From contig OX597816.1 of NCBI GenBank assembly GCA_951406725.2, forward strand, positions 95,604,001 through 95,668,000: a DNA stretch of 64,000 bases, given 5' to 3'. Source of the stretch: Octopus vulgaris (lineage: Eukaryota). Of this stretch, positions 27,097-35,915 are shown one piece after another. A program made the position numbers and the translations under genes. Numbering within the stretch: the first letter of the stretch is position 1; each line of letters begins with the position of its first letter. The notes beneath the pieces were generated by a model, which had not been told where the DNA came from, did not search any database, and worked only from the letters and a program-made list of their open reading frames with translations.

Positions 27097-29262
27097 CTAA
27101 GATAAACCACGTGACAGATATTGTATAATAATGTTCGTCCTTCGGTTCGAAGATGACCAACTGACATCATCTGATGGAACTGGCACCATGAGACCGGAGG
27201 TGGCTGGTGAGGCCAATCCGGGCAAGGAAGCCCCTCCCACAGGTGGGGCAGAAGTGGGTAGGGGCCGTGCTACTGGTGCAGGCGGCTCTGGCTTTACGCA
27301 TCTGACGTTTCTGATCCGCTGACCGAATCCGTCCCTCCTCGGCTGTCCCTGCTCCCACGTCTCTGTTCTGATGGAGAAGTCTTTGAGAGAGACCTTGAGA
27401 CTATCCTTGTAGCGCTTCTTCTGCCCTCCGACTTTGCGCCTGCCCTGGCCGAGTTCACCGTAGAAGACCTGTTTTGGGATGCGAGTGTCGGACATGCGGG
27501 AGACGTGGCCCGCCCATCTCAGCTGGGCCTTGCGCATGATTGTGATGGTGCTAGGGAGATCTGCCTGCTTCAGAACTTCCGTGTCTGGGACTTTGTCCTG
27601 CCAGCGGATGTGAAGGAGGTTCCGAAGACACCTGAGATGGAAGTGGTTTATCTGGCGCTCGTGCCTTCGGTAAGCAGTCCACGTCTCGCAGCCGTATAGT
27701 AGGGTGGTAAGCACGACTGCCCGGTAGACTTTCAGCTTGGTGTTGAGGCTGATTCCTCTCCGCTCCCAGACTTTCTTTCGCAGTCTCCCAAACGCGCTGC
27801 TTGCCTTGGAGATTCTGTTGATGGTTTCAGCATCTATGTTGGCATTGCAGGAGAGAGTGCTACCCAGGTAGGTGAAGTTTTCCACCACTCGTAGGATCCG
27901 TCCGTTCACCCTTATCTGAGGCTCATGGTATTGTTTGCCGGGGGCTGGCTGAAACATCACTTCGGTTTTCTTGGCACTGATGGTGAGACCGAAGTTGTCA
28001 CAGGCTGATGAGAACCTGTCCATCTCGAGCTGCATCATCTGCTCATCGATTGTACAGCCAGCAGCAATGCCAACCTCCAATCGGTGCCAATTTGTTGTAA
28101 AATTTCCAGTTGTAAACCTCATTTCGAAACTGTCATAGTACATCCTCATTATTTTGATCACTTTGTCAGGAATGTGGAAGTGGTCCATGGCTGTTATTAG
28201 TAATTTGTGTGGCACTGAACCATACGCGTTAGCTAGGTCGAGCCATACCACGTTCAGACTTTTCTTGTTCTGTTTGGCATCCTGGATCGCTTTCCAAATC
28301 GAAAAACAGTGTTCAACGCATCCAGGGATCCCGGGGATTCCGGCCTTTTGAACAGATTCATCAACATATCCGTTACTCCGTAAATATGCCACTGTTCTCC
28401 TCGACAGAATTCCCATAAAGATCTTGCCTTCCACATTCAATAAGGATATCGGCCTAAACTGTTTTATGGTCTTTGCATTGGCCTCTTTCGGCAGGTATAT
28501 ACCTTCTGCCTTACACCAATCCTCTACTATAGTCTCCTCGCGCCACAGTTGTCGGATTAGGACGAAAAGCTTCTTTCGCAGACGATTGCAGTACTTGTAG
28601 ACTTTATATGAGACGCCATCACCTCCTGGGGCACTCTTTGTTCTAGCTTTTCTTACGAAGTCATTCACCTCTCTCTCCCTGATGTCCCCTATCTGGAATT
28701 CGATATCAGGTTCTGAGAGATGATTTAACCCATGTAGAGGTGGCAGCGGCTGGTTACGGTGCGGATCGCTGTAGGTTTCCTTGATATGAGCATCCAATTC
28801 TTCTTTAGTGCACGATAAAGTACCACTCTTCGGTTCAGTGAACAGATTCTTAGTAAACCCGTACGGGTCCTTCAGAAACTGCCCCCGAGTCCTTTTACTT
28901 TCTTTTCGACGCTCATATCGGCGGATATGTCGTTGCACATAACGACATTTCCTCTTCAAATCGTTATACAGCAACGCAAGGCCACGTTTCTCATCTAGTG
29001 CAGCACATGTCCATCGCTTTTTTAAGTTTGACTTTTCCTTCCTCAACTGCTGCATTTTTCTGATCCTCCTGCTTGGTCCACACTTTCCTTTCTCTAGTCG
29101 GATATTCTCTTTTATAACGAATAAATCTTTTCCTATATCGTATATTGAGCTTGATAATTTTCCCAGTTTCTCCACTGTAGAGCCTGTCATTTTATAAAGA
29201 GCCCGACAAACCTTGTTTTCAAACTCTTTATATTTCACTTTCTCATTAGCAGCAGGCCACAA
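27097..29262 (-). pseudogene. Chimeric 721-aa ORF: HERO N-terminus/RT motifs up to B fused in frame to RTE RT C-terminus; lacks the catalytic YxDD
   Basis: HERO sequence ends at ...LEVGIAAGCTI and continues as DEQMMQLEMDRFSSACDNFGLTIS...FTYLGS...LRWAGHV...RIPKQVFYGEL (RTE). Confidence 0.85.
27126..28048 (-). mobile_element. 5'-truncated RTE-clade LINE, 923 bp, 6-bp TSD ATTGTA
   Basis: ATTGTA at 27120-27125 and 28049-28054; removing the insert restores HERO AGCTISVTW. RTE thumb motifs, C-terminal CPTCGRGFLARIGLTSHLRSH, 3' end GTCATCTTCGAACCGAAGGACGAAC plus ATT tail. Confidence 0.92.
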
Positions 29263-29687
29263 AACCCTCGGTTTCCTCTGAGTATTATCCGATGCACCAG
29301 TTTCATGACTTGTAGTTTCATCACGTGAAGAGTTCTCTGCTTTAGCATTTATCGATCCGCTGTGGTTTGAGTCCGGAGATGATTTGCCACGTGTTTTACG
29401 ATCTGACGATCCACACTGCTCTGTCCTCTCTCACAAGTCTTTCCCTGATGTATCTTCAAGCCTCTCTCAGTTGCAAAGGTTCTATAGCACAGCTTGCATC
29501 CAAAGTTGTTTGCATTTCGTTCGCTGTTCGAATTAATAATCATGTTCGTTTCCAAGGTCATTCCCGTGCAGACTGGGTTTGATTGATTCTCGACTTTCCC
29601 CTCTCGGCCAATCGTGGGGCTGTCATTTCCTGTTATTTCTGTTACAATAAAATACAGAGGCGAGGATCGTAAGTCCGCAGCCTCCGC

Positions 29688-29802
29688 CAGTCTTTCCTGT
29701 TGTCGATAGTCTTTCCTATTGTCCGCTGGTCTTTCCGAGCAGTCCTCTTGTCTTTCCAAGATGCCTAACCGTCTTTCCGGTTTGTCAGTGGTTACCTACC
29801 AC
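29688..29802 (-). promoter_or_regulatory. Array of five GAAAGA-loop hairpins (plus a sixth unrelated hairpin) in the HERO 5' region
   Basis: Minus strand: AACCG-GAAAGA-CGGTT, TCTTG-GAAAGA-CAAGA, GCTCG-GAAAGA-CCAGC, ATAG-GAAAGA-CTAT, CAG-GAAAGA-CTG at ~20-nt spacing; GTGGT-AGGTA-ACCAC upstream. Confidence 0.75.
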
Positions 29803-29815
29803 AAGGTCTTAGATG

Positions 29816-30713
29816 TCTTGCAAACAACTTGCACATGCAAGTGCTACCAGTTAAAAGCTCCGTTTATCGGAAGCTAGGAAGTGTATGGGGTCATCAGGAG
29901 AGAATGCGCGCCGTTTCGGTGCCTACCTCTCGACGGCATCAATGCGCACCGGCCCCCCTCACTGATATGAGGCCCCGCTTGCTAGATCAGCTGGTTATGA
30001 AGAACTCAATATACTTCTAACCATCGCTCATCGTCTCTTTTTAACCAAATCCAGTGGCTAGCCTTCTCCACTGTAGATTGGATATCAGCCATGGTGGTAT
30101 TGACTTTACGATGAGTTAGGCCTAACGATAACAACAGTCGTCTCACGCTGTGTCCTACAAACCCTCTACATCCTACTTCGATAGGAAAATGTTCCGCTTT
30201 CCAGCCTGCGTCTTCACATTCCTCGAGGAGGTTTTCATAACGGTTTAATTTTCGAGCTCGAGCGGCGTCCATATTAACTTCGTGAGGAACCGTTAGCTCG
30301 ATTATATTTACAACTTTCTTTCTTTCACACCACATCAAAATATCTGGTTTTCCGAAAGTGGGATGGGAAAGAAAACCTGGCACCAGGTAAATCTGCTGTT
30401 ACCTCCCAATAGCCGTTCCACTTTTCATTTTTCTCAGGAAGTTTCTTGGTCTTCTTCTTGAAACGGATCTGCTGACCTGGTCGCACGAAGGTAATGAACT
30501 CTCTTGATGGTACTTTTAACGATTTTTTCTCAGTGTTGTTGAGATGAATTTGGTTCTTTATAGCATTGAAGATAACCTTAAGGACCAAGTTGTGCCTCCA
30601 TGTGTACCTGTTCAATGCTAATGAACAGTTGGAAAGAATATGTTTTAGTGTACCGACCTTTCCACATTTGCAGCTGTCATTCTCTAAGATGTTCCATCTT
30701 ACTAGATTCGTAG
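29816..30713 (-). mobile_element. Second HERO 3' end (knuckle + RLE + 3' UTR) fused head-to-tail to the 5' end of the full copy
   Basis: Direct repeat of 25168-26054 with scattered substitutions and a ~12-bp indel. ORF 30006-30383 KPDILMW...IELTVPHE...EVGCRGF...HWIWLKR. Confidence 0.92.
29887..29976 (-). ncRNA. Candidate permuted/pseudoknotted hammerhead ribozyme in HERO 3' UTR, copy 2
   Basis: Minus: GGGG-CCTCA TATCAG TGAGG-GGGGCC-GGTGCGC-ATTGAT-GCCG-TC-GAGAG-GTA-GGCACC-GAAA-CGGC-GCGCATT-CTCTC-CTGATGA-CCCC. Predicted cut after GUC (29932|29931); one mismatch in stem II. Confidence 0.6.
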
Positions 30714-30739
30714 TATATATACAGACATACATCACACAC

Positions 30740-31024
30740 ATCGTATACGACAGATGACGACAGATGACGCTTCCGCAATTTCTTTCTGAACAAACAAGAC
30801 AGATAATTTGTTTACATTAGTCAAAACATTTGTGCTGTTCATTCCTTCCATAAAATCGGCATTACCTGTACAGGTGCATCTGATGCCATGCATCTGTGCC
30901 ATGCATCTGATATCGAAGTGAGCGCAGAGCAACTGAAGAAAATGCAGTCTCCGACCCGCGAATCGAAACTGCGATCTTGCAATCCTATGTGCAACATACG
31001 AATCACTAGGTCACGCATCCTCAC
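30740..31024 (-). mobile_element. Decayed tRNA-derived SINE
   Basis: Minus head GTGAGGATGCGTGACCTAGTGATT...GTTTCGATTCGCGGG with A/B-box-like spacing; similar head to 33653, 42213 and 57093. Confidence 0.55.
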
Positions 31025-31923
31025 TAATACATACATTCACACACATACACAAATACATACACACATACATACATACAGACATAGATACACATACATACGT
31101 ACATATACCATATACACACATATATTTATACGTGTATGTATTGTATCAAAGAAACAATGAATATTCTATTCAGTTTCTTTCACATACCCCAGCTACCTAT
31201 CATCTCCGTCCACTGCTGTCACCAAACTGGCTCTACAATTTGTTATTTTCTTCTTTGCTCTTCTAATCCTTTCTGTAAGTGCGTGTGCATCAAACGTAGC
31301 CACTTCATCCATAGTTCCTCCTTCCGACAGCCCGTCCACCTGATCGGGTACCCTACAAGCTTTTATGCACTTGCATACTCAACAATAAAACCTTCCGGCT
31401 TGCTCTTGCCATTGAATGTGTTTCATTAATACCCGTATTTCTACACCCACGCTCTCAGTTTCTCCTATACGGTTGTTCACACTAAACACGTAACGATTAC
31501 TCGCACACACCAAGATCCCACATCAATAAACACCACCACTGTACTTCCTCATTTCCCCACGTCTGCACATAACATTTTAAAACATAAACTATGATACATA
31601 CAGCTACACACCCTCCTATTCTTCCTTTCTTAAACTCATTTTGTAGAACAGCATGCACATTTGATATTTAACACTACGATTCCCTCTTTTTCATATATAT
31701 ATATAATGACTATTTCTCTTTTATCACTCACGCTAATCTGTCTTTCATTTCTTCTGACGAGGAAACTTCGAAATGTATGACAGTTTCTTTTTCTATTGCA
31801 ATATTAAGCTAACACCAGTTTTATCAGATATCATTCTTCCCGGGTTATTTTTTCTAATGTTTATTGCATCTACCCCATGATTGTATATATTTGTGTATGT
31901 ATGTATATATATATATATATATA

Positions 31924-32288
31924 CTCTTTTACTCTTTTACTCTTTTACTTGTTTCAGTCATTTGACTGCGGCCATGCTGGAGCACCACCTTTTAGTACTT
32001 ATTCTATCGGTCTCTTTTTGCCAAACCGCTAAGTGACGGGGACGTAAACACACCAGCATCGATTGTCAAGCAATGCTAGGGGGACAAACACAGACACACA
32101 AACACACACACATATACATATATATACATATATACGACAGGCTTCTTTCAGTTTCCGTCTACCAAATCCACTCACAAGGCATTGGTCGGCCCGGGGCTAT
32201 AGCAGAAGACACTTGCCCAAGATGCCACGCAGTGGGACTGAACCCGCAACCGTGTGGTTGGTTAGCAAGCTACTTACCACACAGCCAT
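31924..32288 (-). mobile_element. SINE family A
   Basis: Reverse complement of 2727-3087, with (CTCTTTTA)n tail. Confidence 0.85.
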
Positions 32289-32302
32289 ACAAGCTACATA
32301 CA

Positions 32303-32364
<62 letters not shown>

Positions 32365-32379
32365 TATATATATGCAGGC

Positions 32380-32486
32380 ATTCGAAACGTTAAAGACTTT
32401 TTCACTTCCCGAGCGTAATACTAATACATCTATTTGTTGTCTACATCACCTGTCTTCGCCTTTTGTTTTTTTTTTGTAAATTCTCC

Positions 32487-32487
<1 letters not shown>
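32380..32487 (+). repeat. Probable Penelope-type terminal tail beginning at a hammerhead half-core (CGAAACGTTA)
   Basis: Same family as 24932-25035. Starts with C-GAAA-CG-TT, the palindromic stem III seen in minimal hammerheads; the CUGANGA half is missing. Confidence 0.5.
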
Positions 32488-32522
<35 letters not shown>

Positions 32523-33342
32523 AGAGAGAGAGAGAGAAAGAGAGGTGATAGTGTTGATGATGATGATGATGATAGTATTAGTAACGAACTACACAAAATG
32601 TACCCAAGATGCTATGTAGAATATCATTATATACATTCAGCTAATGCCTTCTGCTGTTACTTCAAATTTCACGAATGTTTGATCAAACTATGTTTGTCTA
32701 CAACGAAAAGTTGCTAATCATTATAAACCAACACAGACGTTTGACTGATAGCACATTTATTAAACTTAATTTAACGGTAGAAAGCATCGCACGAATACAC
32801 ACATACACACACTTTTACTTACATATAATAGTAGTGCTAGAAATGAATAATTCGTCGGTATAACAAAGAATATTATGTCATTAGAAAGACTCAATTAAAC
32901 AGAAAATATTTTAAATTATAGACAGTTTTACTTATCTTATATATAAATTTCCATTAGATATGACTTCACATCTACTGAAATGATATGCAGTATATGTGTG
33001 TTTCTTTTAATGTACAAGCCCGAAAGTATTTTCCTCTATGTAATTCAGTTTTTAAATAAATTATCTATATTTACATCCACTAAAACACAAGCGCGCGTGC
33101 ACACACGCACACACACACACACACATACACACACACACACTCACACACACATAAACATGCAGGCTGATTTGTCATTTCGATATTGTACCTTCTTCATTAC
33201 AACGAGGCATCACATTGTATTAGGGCTGTTCAAGAAACGAACTGTCCCAGTATAATTTTATACAAAACTAAGGCTAAATTGAAATAAAATAAGAAATTTC
33301 ATTAGTTGTGTTGTTTCATGGACGGACGTATTTACACACGAC

Positions 33343-33653
33343 TGTCCGTCGGTTACGACGACCAGGGTTCCAGGTGACCCAATCAATGGAACAGTTTTCT
33401 CGTGAAATTAAAGTGCAAGTGGCTGAGCACTCCACAACACGTGTACCATTAACGTAGTTCTCAGGGAGATTCAACGTGACGCAGAATGTGATACGGATGG
33501 CTCCTTTGAAATAGAGGTACTAATAACTTTTACCAGCTGAGTAGACTGAAGAAACGTGAAATAAAGTGTTTTGCTCAAGGGTACAATTCCGCCAGGAATC
33601 GAACTCACGATTGTGAGCTGAATACCCTAACCACTAAGCCGCGCATCTTCACA
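33343..33653 (-). mobile_element. tRNA-derived SINE, family C (degenerate copy at ~35260-35560)
   Basis: Minus head GTGAAGATGCGCGGCTTAGTGGTTAGGG...GAGTTCGATTCCTGG, then CTTGAGCAAAACACTTTATTTCAC. Confidence 0.75.
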
Positions 33654-34216
33654 AATATAAATTCACATACTCATATATATAAATTGATAAAGGCATATGC
33701 ATAAAGAATCTGTACCAGGTAAATGACTCAATATTCTCTTTAAAATCTTTAAGCTGAGAAGTCCTACGAGAATTATGCATTTGAAGGTATATAATCGAAA
33801 AGTAAGTATTGTGAAGTGTGTCTGTCACGTTTCAACATCTCAGATCTTTTGCTTAAAATACATATATCTTAAAGCACAATATAGCTTTTTGCCTTCAGCG
33901 TTATTTGCTGTACAAATGTGTCCGTAGACTGTGAGAATAAAGACACCCGCAAACAACATGACTAGCAGCTGAAAGCGAGTATCGTGCGATTGATTTCACT
34001 TTCTTAAGATCGTTAGGCATTGCTTGCTTCAACTCTGACAAAAATAAGAAAAGCTATGTTCTTTTAAAGAAAGCAAAGGCTATAACATACAGAGAATTAC
34101 GCGTACTTAGTCAGGAGAGAGGTAGTGTAAGTAATCTCAGACGATAATGAAGATAAGCGAAACTAAACAAGCGATGCTTCCAGTTGCCGAATCACTTCTG
34201 ATTTATCCATAACACA

Positions 34217-34287
<71 letters not shown>

Positions 34288-35719
34288 ACATACACACACA
34301 CACACACAAACAAGCACGCATGCGCACACGCACACATACACGCACACACATATCCACGCACCCAGGCATACACACACATACATACATACATACATACATA
34401 CATACATACATACATACAAGCATACATACACGCATAAAGTACGAATATTTAGACATGACACGTTTTCTTTCTTACCTGCACAACTCATGAACATAAACAT
34501 ATTCAATATTGAAAACATTATGACTTGTAAATGATTTAGTTCACATGCAAATAACATCTAAATTCATTTGCAAGAGTGAATTATGCCCATTCTAAGTTGT
34601 CCTAACATATTACGAGTTTTAGACTACAAAGATAAATAAATGCGTAAATAGTAATAATATGAAGAGTAATGCGACAAACAGTACATTTCTAACTAAAAAT
34701 GAAAAGCACACATTACATTTGAAAGGAAACTAAATCAAGTGCTGGGTTTATACTGTTCTATAATTATCTCTGGTAGAGCAAAGGAGAAAGAAAAAATATT
34801 GAACAATACCAATAGCCGAAAAAAGTCGCCTCATTATACATTGGCATGAAGTTACCATAATAAATATACAACCGCAGTAGAAACTCGAGAAAATTTAGGA
34901 GGGGCTGCATATATTTCTCACTAAACCTGTAATCTGTAAGCTTTTTGCAGACTTCAGCATAACATATCTGCTTTTATTAAAAAAATGTTTATATATATCA
35001 CACAAGAGGCTTGTAAATTGTAGATAAGAGCTTAATTTGTATTTTAAACAATGTTTAAGCATACTTATGAATACAACATATTTTTAATGCATTGACATTA
35101 ACGCATTTAATAGAATGTATAGAAAATCGAAGAATGGCAGGTGACGTTAATCTTCAACAAACACTACAATGTGTCTGTTAACCTTTGATAAAAATTTTCA
35201 GGTTTCAATCTATATAAATAAAATATATACTCGTAATTTATAAAAGTAAATTGATAATTCGTCGGTTTCAGCGATGGTTACTCCATGCGTTGGGTCAACT
35301 GAAGTGCCCACTCATTGCTTTATTGTGTAAGTGGCCGAATGTTCCACAGATACCTGTACCATTAGTGTAATGTTTCATCAGGAACAACATGAAACTGTCT
35401 GTGATTTACAAGTTCAATCCAGCCGATGGGCTTCAACACAATTTCCCAAAGTTTTCGTCTGTTAAAGGTTACAGGGAAAAACAAATACCAAGATCTCATA
35501 TCCTGCGATCGAACTCGCAAACACATGAGTGTGATTTGAAGTTTTTAACCATTCGGCCTTGCTGTAATATACTAACAACATATCTTGTATTTCATCAGAA
35601 TAATTTATGTGTCTATAAATTATGGAAATAAGAGATGGAAATAAGAGAAATGTCTATAAATTATGGAAATAAGAGAAATGTCTCTCACGACATCGGTCTT
35701 GTAAGAGCGTTACATCGGC

Positions 35720-35915
35720 AAAAGCCGTGAATGCCTTGGAGTATTTGGTTACGCTCATTAACATTTTGAGTTCCAAGTCAGTCCAAGGCCTTCTTTGCCT
35801 TTCATCTTTCCGGATTGATAAAATAGTACCACTAAATTACTCCGGGTTGTCTTTTTAATCCAAACTACTCTCCTTCCCCACAAAATTGGAGATCTTGTGT
35901 TTTTACCCAAAAGCC
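35720..35915 (+). mobile_element. Decayed SINE family B
   Basis: TTTGAGTTCCAAGTC...TTTGCCTTTCATCTTTCCGGATTGATAAAATAGTACC. Confidence 0.55.

Larger units (their letters stand above)
25168..29815 (-). mobile_element. Full-length HERO-clade RLE non-LTR retrotransposon (frameshifted), interrupted by an RTE insertion
   Basis: N-terminal Zn finger CKLCYRTFATERGLKIHQGKTC (29349-29759). RT motifs FRPISLLNVEGK, WLDLANAYGSVPH, GIAAGCTISVTWF, AFMDD. Knuckle region KCG..GTLKHIISNC..RYTWRHNSVL. RLE DILMW...IVEITAPHE...EVGCRGF. At least five frameshifts. Confidence 0.9.

Noticed and set aside
27097-29262. 721-aa ORF as an intact active reverse transcriptase or host gene
   Set aside because: It is a HERO/RTE chimera with a TSD-bounded insert, no YxDD motif and an out-of-frame tail.
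29688-29782. GTCTTTCC repeats with variable spacers as a CRISPR-like array
   Set aside because: Repeat is only 8 nt, spacers ~12 nt are self-complementary stems, context is a eukaryotic retrotransposon and there are no cas genes.
31754-31780. CTGACGA-GGAAACTTC-GAAA-TGTA hammerhead-like core
   Set aside because: Stem I cannot be formed; at most a dead remnant.
33580-33653. tRNA gene (also at 2727, 31024, 42213, 57093)
   Set aside because: A/B-box-like heads continue into shared SINE bodies and do not form a cloverleaf.
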